Positions 38,513 to 48,545 of a DNA stretch of 64,000 nucleotides are shown here, piece by piece (position 1 is the first letter of the stretch; each line of letters starts with the position of its first letter). The notes beneath the pieces are model-generated. The model was not told the origin of the DNA. It worked only from the letters and a program-made list of their open reading frames with translations, and did no database searches. The position numbers were made by a program, and so were the translations under genes. Origin of the DNA: Candidatus Multivoradales bacterium (GTDB lineage: Bacteria; Acidobacteriota; Thermoanaerobaculia; Multivoradales; JAHEKO01); the NCBI GenBank assembly GCA_965248055.1, contig CBDFIJ010000004.1, forward strand, positions 320,001 to 384,000, written 5' to 3'.

Positions 38513-39820
38513 TTAAGCCCTCCGCAACGCCATGGTCATGCAGTGCGGACCACCGCGCGCCCTCGACAGCTCATGCCCATGGATCGTCACCACGGTCGGG
38601 CCCTGGCCCATCATCTCGACGCCGTCGTCGAGCACTTGGCCTTCGGTGAGCACACGCCAGCCGCGGCGGGCGAGTTCGGCGACGGTTTCGCGGTTGCGGC
38701 GGTAGACCAGAATGACGCCGGGGGCGACGGCAAAAGCGTTGGCGCCGTCAGTCCATTGTTCGCGTTCTTGGTCGACTGGGTCAGGTCCGCCACAAGGAAT
38801 GGTCTCCAGTTCGATACCGAGTTCAGCCAGGGCATCAAGAAAAGATGACTTGCGTTGGTAGATCAGCTCACCGCAGGTGAGATCCAGGTAAGAGACTTCG
38901 GCTGATTGAGGCCCTACGGTGCCGACCACCGAAGGAAAGGCCAAACAGGCGTGCTCATCGACCTGGGTAAAGACGGTATCCAGGTGCATGTAGGAGCGCT
39001 GTGGCGGCAACTCGACCACCAACAGATGCTTAAAGGCGGTCTCGGTCTGCCAAAGGTTCTGGACCAAGGCTTCGATGCCACGACGATTGGTGCGTTGACT
39101 CAAGCCTACCGCCAACAGGTCGTCGCGCATCACCATCACGTCGCCCCCCTCGATATCGCGAGTGGGAACCTGGTCACGGGGCACGTCGGCAAATCCCACC
39201 GGTTCGATCTCAAAGACGTTTTCCAGATCAGCGAAGTGCGGGTGGTCTTGAAAGATGGTCTTGGCGAGTAGGTTTTCCCGAGCCCGCGCTTCGGTGGCCA
39301 TCGAAGTGATCAGCACCGAACTGCCGATGACAGTTTGCGGATCGCGCTGGAAGAAATAATTGGGAACCGGGATCAGATCAAAAATCAGCCTGCCGCCAAA
39401 ACCGCCGTCCTTCTTGCGCACGCCTTCGATCAGGGTCGCGGTGACTTCTTCCGCGGAGCACCCGGTAGTCGCACGCAACCAGGCAGAATCTTGACTGGCG
39501 ACCTGCTGTAGTAGATCGCTGAGAATCTCGGGGTCAGCTAGGACATCGGCCAGTAGGTCGGAAGCCTCCAGAACCTCGGCTCCAGCCGCTTCCAGCAGAG
39601 CCCGAAACCGGTCATGCTCACGACGCGCCTCTTGCCCGTACAATATGTCGTCGAAGAGTAATTCCTCCATCATCCGCGGGACCATCCAATCGATCTCGCG
39701 CCCCGGACGATGGACCAGTACCTCGCGTAGACGACCAATCTCCGAATTCACATGTGCGCTTTTGGAATCCCCCACCCTCGAATCAACAGCCATCCGACCT
39801 CCCGGTTGAGTACCCTTCAA
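38513..39820 (-). CDS. arcA: arginine deiminase
   Basis: SEIGRLREVLVHRPG, LLFDD, FQRD, IEGGD, MHLDTVFT, ELSRARGGPHCMT. Confidence 0.92.
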   Translation of the reverse strand: MKGTQPGGRMAVDSRVGDSKSAHVNSEIGRLREVLVHRPGREIDWMVPRMMEELLFDDILYGQEARREHDRFRALLEAAGAEVLEASDLLADVLADPEILSDLLQQVASQDSAWLRATTGCSAEEVTATLIEGVRKKDGGFGGRLIFDLIPVPNYFFQRDPQTVIGSSVLITSMATEARARENLLAKTIFQDHPHFADLENVFEIEPVGFADVPRDQVPTRDIEGGDVMVMRDDLLAVGLSQRTNRRGIEALVQNLWQTETAFKHLLVVELPPQRSYMHLDTVFTQVDEHACLAFPSVVGTVGPQSAEVSYLDLTCGELIYQRKSSFLDALAELGIELETIPCGGPDPVDQEREQWTDGANAFAVAPGVILVYRRNRETVAELARRGWRVLTEGQVLDDGVEMMGQGPTVVTIHGHELSRARGGPHCMTMALRRA

Positions 39821-39832
39821 GACAATCGATAT

Positions 39833-40015
39833 TAGCCCGGATTATTCATGAGCGTCACGACATCTTGGAGAGGTCGCCAGCCACCTCCGACCGTTCTCGC
39901 TCGTCGTGTTCTCACACATGCCGCGAGTATGCCTGCGGCACTCCTAGCTGCGGTTGGCCGGATCTGGTCGACGCTTTCTCCAAGCTGGCCTCAACTTCAT
40001 GAATAATCCAGGCTA
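39833..40015. mobile_element. MITE-like element with 19-bp terminal inverted repeats
   Basis: TAGCCCGGATTATTCATGA ... TCATGAATAATCCAGGCTA (1 mismatch); interior is self-complementary. Confidence 0.75.
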
Positions 40016-40040
40016 GCATCGAGCCGGAGCACAAAATCCT

Positions 40041-41486
40041 ATGTCCGCAAACCAACCCCAAGCTTTCAACGCCCTCTATTCCCGCTACGCATCGCCAGAG
40101 ATGCAGCGGCTATTCTCGGCTGACTACCGCTACACCACTTGGCGTCGGGTTTGGATCGCCTTGGCCGAATCTCAGTCCGAACTGGGACTACCTATCAGTG
40201 AAGAGCAGGTGGCGGCGCTGCGCGCCGGGCAAGACAATTTGGACCTGGATCGAGTGGCTGAAATCGAGCGTGAGACCCGCCATGACGTGGTGGCTCACTT
40301 GCGCCATTTTGCTGAAGAAGTGGACCGAGAGTCGAATGTTGCAGCGGGGGGCATCCTCCATCTAGGGGCGACCAGCGCCTTCGTCACGGACAACACCGAC
40401 GCCATTCTTCTGCAGGCCGGACTGGAACTGTTGGCAGCCAAGCTGGCGACGGTGTGTGATCGCTGGGCGGAGTTTGCTCGCGAGCACCGCGCAACTCCCT
40501 GTCTCGCCTACACCCACTTCCAACCGGCGCAACTGACCACGGTCGGTAAGCGAGCGACCCTGTGGCTGCAAGATGCATTGCTCGACTACGGCGCAATCAG
40601 CGTGCTGGCGATGGACTGGCCATGCCGCGGTGCCAAGGGCACAACCGGGACTCAGGCCTCATTCTTGGAGCTGTTCGCCGGCGATCACGACAAGGTGCGA
40701 CAACTCGACACCATGGTCGCCGACAAATTGGGCTTTGCCCGGTCGATCCCGGTCAGCGGCCAGACCTACACGCGGAAACTGGACACCCGGCTACTGAACG
40801 TCCTGGCGGGGATCGGTGAGAGCGCGCACAAGTGCGGCACAGACATCCGGCTAATGCAGGGGGTCGGCGAGCTCTACGAGCCGTTCGGTTCGGCCCAGGT
40901 GGGGTCGTCGGCGATGGCCTACAAACGCAACCCGATCCGCACCGAGCGCATGTGCGGCCTGTCGCGGCGCCTGATTACTGACGCGCTCAACGGGCCGATG
41001 ACCACCGCAGTGCAGTGGCTGGAACGCAGCCTCGACGACTCCGCCAACCGACGACTGGTACTCACCGACGCCATGCTCACGGCCGACGCGGTATTAAATC
41101 TGGCTGGCTACATCGCCGGTGGGCTGGGAGTGAATCAGGCCAGGGTCAGCGCCCGGGTCGAGCACGAATTGCCCTTCATGGCGACCGAAAAGCTATTGAT
41201 GGAAGGAGTGTTGCGCGGCGGTGATCGCCAAGAACTACACGAGGCGATTCGAGTACACAGCTTGGCGGCACAAGAAATCGTGGCCTCGGGTGGGGCCAAC
41301 CCGCTGCTCGACGAGATCGCTGGGGACCAACGTTTCGCCATGACCCGAGACGAGATCGAGAGTTGGGTCGATCCGCAGCGCTTCGTCGGTAGGTCAGCGC
41401 AACAGGTCGACGAGTTCTTGGAGGAAGTGGTCGAGCCGACTCTGGCCGATACTCCGCGAGCGCAGATGCAGGATCCCAAAGTTTGA
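40041..41486 (+). CDS. purB: adenylosuccinate lyase
   Basis: RHDVVAH, HLGATS, THFQPAQ, GSSAMAYKRNP. Confidence 0.96.
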   Translation: MSANQPQAFNALYSRYASPEMQRLFSADYRYTTWRRVWIALAESQSELGLPISEEQVAALRAGQDNLDLDRVAEIERETRHDVVAHLRHFAEEVDRESNVAAGGILHLGATSAFVTDNTDAILLQAGLELLAAKLATVCDRWAEFAREHRATPCLAYTHFQPAQLTTVGKRATLWLQDALLDYGAISVLAMDWPCRGAKGTTGTQASFLELFAGDHDKVRQLDTMVADKLGFARSIPVSGQTYTRKLDTRLLNVLAGIGESAHKCGTDIRLMQGVGELYEPFGSAQVGSSAMAYKRNPIRTERMCGLSRRLITDALNGPMTTAVQWLERSLDDSANRRLVLTDAMLTADAVLNLAGYIAGGLGVNQARVSARVEHELPFMATEKLLMEGVLRGGDRQELHEAIRVHSLAAQEIVASGGANPLLDEIAGDQRFAMTRDEIESWVDPQRFVGRSAQQVDEFLEEVVEPTLADTPRAQMQDPKV

Positions 41487-42145
41487 CAAATGTAGGCCAC
41501 CGCAGAACTGGGCTTTGTGCCCCCCCGGGAGGGGATAAACCCCTCCCCTACCAACTTGGGGCTGCGATCTGCTTGATCCTGATTGTTGTCGCCTCCGGGT
41601 GTACTTCACGCGGTGGCGCCTACCACGAGCGCGGCATCGCCTCTTGGTATGGCGGCAAGTTTCAGGGTCGCCGGACTGCCAACGGCGAAATCTACGACAT
41701 GCACAAAATGACCGCGGCGCACAAGACCTTGCCGTTCAACACCATGGTCGAGGTACGCAATCTAACCAACGGTCGCACCACCGTGGTGCGCATCAACGAC
41801 CGCGGCCCCTTTGTTCGCGGCCGGATCATCGACCTTTCGTTGTCCGGCGCTAAGGCGATCGGCATGGTCGGACCCGGCACCGCAAGAGTCGAGATCCGAG
41901 CGCTCAAACGAGTCGATGCCGTCATCCAGAGTCACTTCACGTTGCAAGTCGGGTCCTTTCGCCAACGCAATCACGCTGAAGACCTGCGCGCCAACCCTGC
42001 GTTTGGCCACTACGGTGCCTCGATCGAGCCCCACGGTCCGTTCTTTCGGGTCCTGGTCGGAGACTTCTCGACTCGGAAAAAGGCGATGAGCGCAGCCCGG
42101 GAACTTGAGCGCCAGGGGTTCAACACCTTCATCCGCGCGCTGTGA
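41483..42145 (+). CDS. rlpA: RlpA lipoprotein (DPBB + SPOR)
   Basis: Lipobox ASGC; GIASWYG, TAAHKTLP, RINDRGPF; SPOR QVGSF. Confidence 0.92.
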   Translation: MTNVGHRRTGLCAPPGGDKPLPYQLGAAICLILIVVASGCTSRGGAYHERGIASWYGGKFQGRRTANGEIYDMHKMTAAHKTLPFNTMVEVRNLTNGRTTVVRINDRGPFVRGRIIDLSLSGAKAIGMVGPGTARVEIRALKRVDAVIQSHFTLQVGSFRQRNHAEDLRANPAFGHYGASIEPHGPFFRVLVGDFSTRKKAMSAARELERQGFNTFIRAL

Positions 42146-42250
42146 AGCGGCAGGGGCCAACCCCCATAGGTAATAGTTCCGAATACCGGCCGGGTAGGCA
42201 ATTCTTCCGATCGCTAAACAACACTGGGTTGAGTGCCAATACGTTGCATC

Positions 42251-42678
42251 GAGATCCTTCGACTCCCTCGCAGACTCGGTCGCTCAGGATGACAAGGATG
42301 GGGGCTATCCCGGCCTTTGTCGTTTGCTCTGTTTCCCCTTAGGGGAGAGGGTTTCCCCTCCGGTCCTGACCAGATCTCCTCAAGCATGGCTTAATGAACA
42401 CATTCGCTCCTCCAACGGAACGGGAGCCCGCAAAGGGAGACCCTACGAAGACCAACTTGCCGCTGTGGCAACGATCGCTAACCAAACCGATCTCGCCTAA
42501 TGAGAGCTAGATCATGTGTCTGCAAAAACGGGGCAGATCCACTATGAAGGGAGGCTACCCCGGCCTTTGTCGCATGCTCCTTTTCTTCGTAGGGGAGCGG
42601 TTTATCTCTTCCCGTTTTCAACACATCGTTGTCATCCTGAGCGACCCTGAGTCCTCGAACGGGGAGTCGAAGGATCTC
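42251..42678. repeat. REP-like cluster (inverted TGTCATCCTGAGCG..GAAGGATCTC pair enclosing GTAG-type REPs)
   Basis: 42251-42295 and 42629-42678 are inverted; GTAG palindromes at 42421-42447 and 42589-42614. Confidence 0.8.
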
Positions 42679-42817
42679 AAAGGTTGGTAATTCCACGTCG
42701 GCCCGTCGCCACGACCTTCGACTGGTGAACTGGAATGACAATGTATCTTTCTGACCCCCTCCCGTTATCGCCGCGAAGGTCGACGCAATGACATCATGGG
42801 CGCCACGGAGGTTCCTC

Positions 42818-43849
42818 ATGTACAAGAAACAAACCCATTCGTTGTTATTCGCCCTGATCTTGACGGTGTTCTCGCTGCCAGGGTTAGAAGGTGGGCTTTC
42901 CGCCGAAGAAAAGATTCTGCCACCACCATCTGACGCTCGCGCTCACACTTACTCGATCGTCGCTCGGGATCCAGAAACTGGAGACATGGGAGTTGCGGTG
43001 CAATCCCATTGGTTCTCGGTAGGCTCAATCGTCAGTTGGGCCGAACCCGGAATCGGCGCGGTCGCCACCCAGTCATTTGTCGAGGCCTCCTACGGTCCGC
43101 TGGGGCTTGAGCTAATGCGCAACGGCAAGACTGCACCGCAGGCACTCGCCTCCCTGCTCGCCAGCGACGAGCACGCCAACGTACGCCAGGTGGCAATGAT
43201 CGATGCCGCGGGCAATGTCGCGGGTCACACCGGTGACAACTGCATCTTCGCCGCCGGAGATCAGCAGGGTGCTAATTTCTCAGTGCAGGCCAACCTGATG
43301 GAGAACGACACCGTTTGGGGTGCGATGGCTGCCGCCTACGAAGCGACCGACGGCGACCTTGCCGACAAGATGCTGGCCGCGATGCGTGCCGCCGAAGGCG
43401 AGGGTGGCGACATTCGGGGCAAGCAATCGGCGGTGATGCTGATCGTCTCCGGCGATCGCAATCTGCCGAAATGGAAACGCAAAATGGAACTGCGAATTGA
43501 AGACCATACCCAACCATTGGCTGAACTGGAGCGACTGATCAATGTACATCGCGCCTACGAGTTCATGAATCAGGGCGACGAGCACATTACGCAAAACGAT
43601 GTCGAAGCGGCGGTCGAGGCGTACGGCGCTGCAGCCGAACTCGCTCCTGAGATCGTCGAGATCCGCTACTGGCAAGCGGCGACGCTGGCCGGCGCCGGCG
43701 AGCTAGAAACAGCACTACCGATTTTCCGTGAGGTGTTCGCCGCCGAACCGAGATGGCACAAGTTGACGCCACGATTGGTCGCCTCGGGACTGCTTCCTGA
43801 TGACCCCGAGCTAATGGCAGCGATCTTGGCAGTCGGCTCATCGAAATAG
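42818..43849 (+). CDS. DUF1028 (Ntn-hydrolase-like) protein with C-terminal TPR-like helices
   Basis: TYSIVARDP, GAVATQS, GGDIRGKQSA, LRIEDH; GGAGG RBS. Confidence 0.85.
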   Translation: MYKKQTHSLLFALILTVFSLPGLEGGLSAEEKILPPPSDARAHTYSIVARDPETGDMGVAVQSHWFSVGSIVSWAEPGIGAVATQSFVEASYGPLGLELMRNGKTAPQALASLLASDEHANVRQVAMIDAAGNVAGHTGDNCIFAAGDQQGANFSVQANLMENDTVWGAMAAAYEATDGDLADKMLAAMRAAEGEGGDIRGKQSAVMLIVSGDRNLPKWKRKMELRIEDHTQPLAELERLINVHRAYEFMNQGDEHITQNDVEAAVEAYGAAAELAPEIVEIRYWQAATLAGAGELETALPIFREVFAAEPRWHKLTPRLVASGLLPDDPELMAAILAVGSSK

Positions 43850-43878
43850 CCAAAGAACTGAATCAGAAGGAGACCATC

Positions 43879-44427
43879 ATGACAAGAACTATCCTGGCTG
43901 TACTACTGGGAGCCCTTACGCTAATGATCACCGGGTTCATCTTTTGGGGAACACTTTCCGAATCGATGGGAATCGTTCGCCAAGTCAGTAATGAAGACGT
44001 GGTTCGCGAGGCTCTGCGCGAGGCATCAACCGACGATGGTGCTTTCTTCGTGCCCATGGAGGGTTTCGGCAACGACGAGTTTTTCCGTCGTCACAACGAG
44101 GGTCCAGTTGCCATGGTCTATCTACGTCCTGACGGAACCCCCACTTCAATGGGTGGCATGATGGCCAAAGGATTTTTCCATTTTCTCCTGTCCGCGGCCT
44201 TCGCGGTGTGGATGCTGAAGTCGTTCGCAAAGGATCACAGCACCTTCGGCAGGCGATTCTTGTTTCTGTTTGCACTGGGACTTTTCACTGCGATTGTCGC
44301 CCATCCCGCGAACCGAATCTGGTGGCATTATCCGACGAATTTCACCATCTTTTCGATGGTTGCCAATGCTGGAAGTTGGGCTGTTGCAGGTGCGGTGATG
44401 GCTGCGGTTCTTAAACCAGCTAACTAG
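43879..44427 (+). CDS. membrane hypothetical protein
   Basis: AAGGAG RBS; 4 hydrophobic segments. Confidence 0.75.
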   Translation: MTRTILAVLLGALTLMITGFIFWGTLSESMGIVRQVSNEDVVREALREASTDDGAFFVPMEGFGNDEFFRRHNEGPVAMVYLRPDGTPTSMGGMMAKGFFHFLLSAAFAVWMLKSFAKDHSTFGRRFLFLFALGLFTAIVAHPANRIWWHYPTNFTIFSMVANAGSWAVAGAVMAAVLKPAN

Positions 44428-45669
44428 ATCATCGTTTCCGAATTTCAGCTACTATAAATGAAGCTCACCAATCTCGCTGAGCAGTCTTTTGGAGGTAGCC
44501 GGTCATGCCATTCTCTTCGACGAAGCCACCGCTCTTGTTGAATCGTGAAATTCAGTCGTCTTTGGAGGCTCTCTCTCGCTCTCGACGCGCAGCCCGATCT
44601 CGAGTGGATCGTGCGATGATTCTGCTCGCCTATGCGGAAGGTGAGTCGATCTCTGCGATCGCACGGGAGAGATCGATGTCGCGCAGCGCGGTGAATCGCG
44701 TGGTGAATCGCGCGCTCGAGATCGGAGCGATTGCCGCGCTGGACGACAGGTCGAGGTCGGGGAGACCGCGGAGCTTGACAGCAGAGGCCAGAGCATGGCT
44801 GGTCGCGCTCGCCTGTCAGAAACCGAAGGATCTGGGCTACCCGCATGAGCTGTGGACAATTGACCTCTTGGTCCGACACATTCACAACCACTGTCGAGAT
44901 GCCGGTCATCCAAGTCTGTCGAAGGTGGCGGGAGGAACCGTGTCGAAGATCTTGGCCCAGAGCAAGGTGCGGCCGCACAAAGTCCGGTATTACCTGGAAC
45001 GGCGCGATCCCGACTTCGACCACAAGATGGTCCAGATACTCCTTGTGTACAAAGAAGTGGAGCTCGAACGCGCTACGGGTGAGGACAACTCCACGGTGGT
45101 CATCAGCTACGACGAAAGGCCGGGGATCCAAGCCATCGAGTCGAAGGCGCCGGACCTGCCTCCGGTACCTGGCCGTCATCCCACGATCTCGCGGGAGTTC
45201 GAATACGTCCGTCATGGAACCAGCAGTTTGCTCGCCGGTGTCGATCTGATGACGGGTCACGTTCACCACCTGATGCGCGATCGGCATCGGAGTCGGGAGT
45301 TCATCGAGTTTCTCCAGTTGCTGGAGCGCAGTTACTCCCCCGACACCAAGATCCGCCTCATCCTCGACAACCACTCCGCTCACCTCTCAAAGGAGACCAA
45401 CGCCTACCTCAAGAGCGTCCCCAATCGTTTCGAGTTCGTCTTCACACCTGTCCACGGATCCTGGCTCAACCTGATCGAAACCCTCTTCTCCAAGATGGCG
45501 CGCTCCGTGCTGCGACACATCCGCGTCGCCAGCAAAGAAGAACTCTGGAACCGGATCGAAGCCTACTTCGATGATCTCAACGCAGCTCCTGTCATCTTCA
45601 GATGGAAGCACGGTATCGAAGATCTCAACGTTGCCTAGGTATTGGACCATGACTTTGGAAACGCTCGTC
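44427..45669 (+). mobile_element. IS630-family insertion sequence
   Basis: Flanked by TA (within CTAG) on both sides; imperfect IR GA..A.CGTTTCC.AA. Confidence 0.88.
44505..45638 (+). CDS. IS630-family transposase
   Basis: RSGRP, SYDERPGIQA, EYVRHGT, LILDNHSAH, FTPVHGSWLNLIE. Confidence 0.95.
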   Translation: MPFSSTKPPLLLNREIQSSLEALSRSRRAARSRVDRAMILLAYAEGESISAIARERSMSRSAVNRVVNRALEIGAIAALDDRSRSGRPRSLTAEARAWLVALACQKPKDLGYPHELWTIDLLVRHIHNHCRDAGHPSLSKVAGGTVSKILAQSKVRPHKVRYYLERRDPDFDHKMVQILLVYKEVELERATGEDNSTVVISYDERPGIQAIESKAPDLPPVPGRHPTISREFEYVRHGTSSLLAGVDLMTGHVHHLMRDRHRSREFIEFLQLLERSYSPDTKIRLILDNHSAHLSKETNAYLKSVPNRFEFVFTPVHGSWLNLIETLFSKMARSVLRHIRVASKEELWNRIEAYFDDLNAAPVIFRWKHGIEDLNVA

Positions 45670-45694
45670 TAGTTTTCGAGGGGCGGAGCGTACT

Positions 45695-45975
45695 GGATTC
45701 CCGACCCCCAGGACCCCCCACCACTTAGCCCCGTTCCCCTCACGCTGGGGCAGGCTCTGCGGGGACGACGGGAGAGCGCCATCCCTACGGTGGTGCATCA
45801 TCGTTATCCCACCGGGAGGAAGGGCGGATGCCTGCCCCCGAGGTGTTTGATTGGGGGGCAGGGGTCGAGATCCACTTCGTCGTCCCGGCGGGGGGCTAGG
45901 GGGTGGGGCCGGAATCTGTTACTTGCTGGCACCAGGTCCCCGACCCCCAACAACCCCCACCCGTCGGGGATGACA
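45695..45975. repeat. REP-like cluster (CGTCRTCCC...GGGATC family)
   Basis: Palindromes at 45878-45918 and 45935-45975, plus degenerate copies. Confidence 0.7.
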
Positions 45976-46028
45976 TTCGTGCTGCGGAATCCTGTTTGTC
46001 GCGGTAGAGAGAGTTGGTGAGGTGAGAG

Positions 46029-46058
46029 TTGACATTTTCGTTGTTATCTTGGTATTTT
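46029..46058 (+). promoter_or_regulatory. sigma70 promoter, likely leaderless transcript
   Basis: TTGACA-18 bp-TATTTT, ATG 6 nt later. Confidence 0.55.
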
Positions 46059-46064
46059 GTTACC

Positions 46065-46319
46065 ATGGTATCAATCGAACGCATCCAAACTGGCGTGCGC
46101 ATGGAAAAGCGCATCGTCAAAATCCTCAAGTCCCTGGCCGAGTATCACGACATCAGCCTGGGGGATCTCCTGGAAGGCATTGTTCTGCATGCCTTTGAAG
46201 GCAAATGCGCTTTCGACGGAGAGGAATCGTTGGAGCGCATTGCTGCGCTGAAGAAGATCTATGGCCTCAGCCTGTCGGCCACCGACAGCCACAAGCTAAA
46301 GGAAGAAACCGATGACTGA
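46065..46319 (+). CDS. small RHH-like conserved hypothetical protein
   Basis: RIQTGVRMEKRIVKILKSLAEY..ISLGDLLEGIV. Confidence 0.75.
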   Translation: MVSIERIQTGVRMEKRIVKILKSLAEYHDISLGDLLEGIVLHAFEGKCAFDGEESLERIAALKKIYGLSLSATDSHKLKEETDD

Positions 46320-46782
46320 ATACGGCTCGGCCAGCGAGGTGGTCGAAAAATTTGAGCAGGGCGAGGCTCCGGGCGGAGAGTTTCACCATCGGGATCACAT
46401 CCTGGTCGCCTGGTGCTACCTGCAGGAGTTTCCACTCTTGGAGGCTCTCACCCGCCTGGTTGCTGCGATCCAACGCTTCGCGCTCGCCAAAGGGGCGCCC
46501 GACCTCTATCACGCCACGATCACCGTCGGCTACATGATGATCCTCAGTGCCCGCATCGCCGAGAACCCCGGCCTTTCCTGGGTCGATTTTGAGCAGGCCA
46601 ATCCAGATCTGTTCATTTGGCCGAATGGAGCCCTGGGGGACTACTTCTCTACCAAGCAACTGGCTGACCCGCGAGCGAAACGGGAGTTCGTACTGCCGGA
46701 CTTAGTGGCGACTGGTTGGGGACACAATACCCCCTCTGAAAGGTCGGAAGGGCATCAAAGATCGAGGATCTCGGAAGCTTGA
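46312..46782 (+). CDS. conserved hypothetical protein
   Basis: FHHRDHI.VAW, YHATIT, EFVLPDL; overlaps the upstream gene's stop. Confidence 0.75.
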   Translation: MTEYGSASEVVEKFEQGEAPGGEFHHRDHILVAWCYLQEFPLLEALTRLVAAIQRFALAKGAPDLYHATITVGYMMILSARIAENPGLSWVDFEQANPDLFIWPNGALGDYFSTKQLADPRAKREFVLPDLVATGWGHNTPSERSEGHQRSRISEA

Positions 46783-46791
46783 TAAACGGGT

Positions 46792-47035
46792 GGCAGGAGG
46801 GTTTGTGTCCCCTCCCTTCGGCCACTGGCTAGGACCAAGGGATGCTGCGGGCGGGGATAAACCCCGCCCCTACGAAGCGACGAGGTGGGTCGTTGTGAGC
46901 GGCAGGGGCGAGCCCCTCCCCTACGAAATCTCCGCCTACTCGTCATCCCGGCGCGGGGGAGAGCGGGAGGCCGGGATCTGTTCCTTTGCTGAAGAAGATC
47001 CCCGACCACCAAAACCCCTCCCTTCGGGGATGACA
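46792..47035. repeat. mixed REP cluster
   Basis: GGGCGGGGATAAACCCCGCCCCTAC 46849-46873; CGTCATCCCGG..CCGGGATCT 46941-46979; inverse 46996-47035. Confidence 0.8.
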
Positions 47036-47040
47036 GTCGG

Positions 47041-48363
47041 CTAACTGTCGGTCGATGGAGTCACTGCCATATCGGAGGCCGCCAGCGGCATGGTCAACAT
47101 CCTCTTGAAGCGGTCCCAACGCTGGTCGATATCGGCATCACCAGCTTCAACATACTGCGCCACTAGGTCTTTGCCCCAGTTGTAGTTGATGACATAGCTA
47201 CGGTAGGTCTCGATGAAGTCAACACGCTGCTCGGCGCGATCTGCATTCATCAAGCCGTAGGACCGCATCCACTCCACCGCCTGCTCACGACTCCACTCTC
47301 CGTCGAGGTAGCTACGTGCGGCTTCGTTGCCGGCATAGCTAAGTTGGCCGACGAGTTCCTCGATTCGGTAGTAGGCATCGGCTTGCTCAGCGTCCAGCCC
47401 CGCCAACGGAAATAGGACTTCTTTTTCAAACTCAATTCGCTCTTCCCGTGGAAAAACGAGGTCCACGCCGTAGTTAGCGCTGCCCTCGGCGATCAGAGAT
47501 TGCGGGGCGTAGAGCGGGTCGATGGTGAATTCGACCCATCCACGACCTACTGCCAAGTCGCGCTCCAGCAGCGCCTTGAAAGTGTGATGCCCCGGGTAGC
47601 CCTCATGGCAACCCAGATCGATGGCGCGTTCAATGCGAGACGGTAAGTCGGTGTTGATCTGAATCAAGCTCTGAGATCCACCCTGGTACCAGTTGTAGCC
47701 GCTCCACGGCTTGTCGCTGACGTATTCAAGGCTGAACCCCTCACCTTCTGCCAAGTCCACATGCTCCAAAGCTCGACGACGGCATTCTCCAATCGCAGCG
47801 TCAAAAACAACGCCCAGCTTGTCCGAAGGGATGGCAAATTGGTCCCTAAATCCGTTGACTCGATCCACCAGCTCGCCGTCCCCAGGCACCAATTCACCGA
47901 GCTCAGCCAAGACACCATCGAAATGATCCGCATCGTAGTGCGGGGCTACTGTGTCGAACAATGCTTGCGACTCCTCATCGAAAGACCTAGTTGTGCCGGC
48001 CGCCAGCTCAGCACGCGTTGCCAAGGCTCGTAGACGACCATCCAGAGACTTGCGCCGCAAAGCGTCCATCTCGTCGCCACCTTCAATCACCTCAAGCTCT
48101 GCTCGAAGCGCCTTCGCCTCGGCGATGATTTCCGCCAACGGTTTGACCGCAGCGTCTTGCGCCGGCTTCCAGTCTTCGGGACCGAAGTAAGCGTCGACAT
48201 GATTGGCGTCATGGGCAGGCATGTGCAGTTCGAGGCGCACGTAGTCCTCGGCAACTCGGCTGGTCGTATCCACGGCGGATCCTCCACTATTTCGATCACA
48301 AAACAGGCCACAACCTGAGGTTGCAACGACTAGGACAATCAAACTGGCTTTCATTGAATGCAT
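47041..48363 (-). CDS. DUF885-like zincin lipoprotein
   Basis: Lipobox TSGC; HEGYPGHH; AEGSANY. Confidence 0.7.
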   Translation of the reverse strand: MHSMKASLIVLVVATSGCGLFCDRNSGGSAVDTTSRVAEDYVRLELHMPAHDANHVDAYFGPEDWKPAQDAAVKPLAEIIAEAKALRAELEVIEGGDEMDALRRKSLDGRLRALATRAELAAGTTRSFDEESQALFDTVAPHYDADHFDGVLAELGELVPGDGELVDRVNGFRDQFAIPSDKLGVVFDAAIGECRRRALEHVDLAEGEGFSLEYVSDKPWSGYNWYQGGSQSLIQINTDLPSRIERAIDLGCHEGYPGHHTFKALLERDLAVGRGWVEFTIDPLYAPQSLIAEGSANYGVDLVFPREERIEFEKEVLFPLAGLDAEQADAYYRIEELVGQLSYAGNEAARSYLDGEWSREQAVEWMRSYGLMNADRAEQRVDFIETYRSYVINYNWGKDLVAQYVEAGDADIDQRWDRFKRMLTMPLAASDMAVTPSTDS

Positions 48364-48459
48364 GGATCCCCCTGCTGAATCTTAGTTGAGTACTACGGTT
48401 TCAATAGGAAATGGTTGCCGAGGCTATTTGCTTATTCCGACCAACAAAAGACACCCAAT

Positions 48460-48488
48460 CTCGCTACGGTTCCGCGAGCCGTAGCGAG
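48460..48488. terminator. strong intergenic hairpin
   Basis: CTCGCTACGGTTC-CGC-GAGCCGTAGCGAG; no clear U-tract. Confidence 0.4.
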
Positions 48489-48545
48489 TGAAGATTCTGT
48501 CAGAGACCAACGGACTCCGCTCGGAGAGCGGCCTATGAAGGCGAC

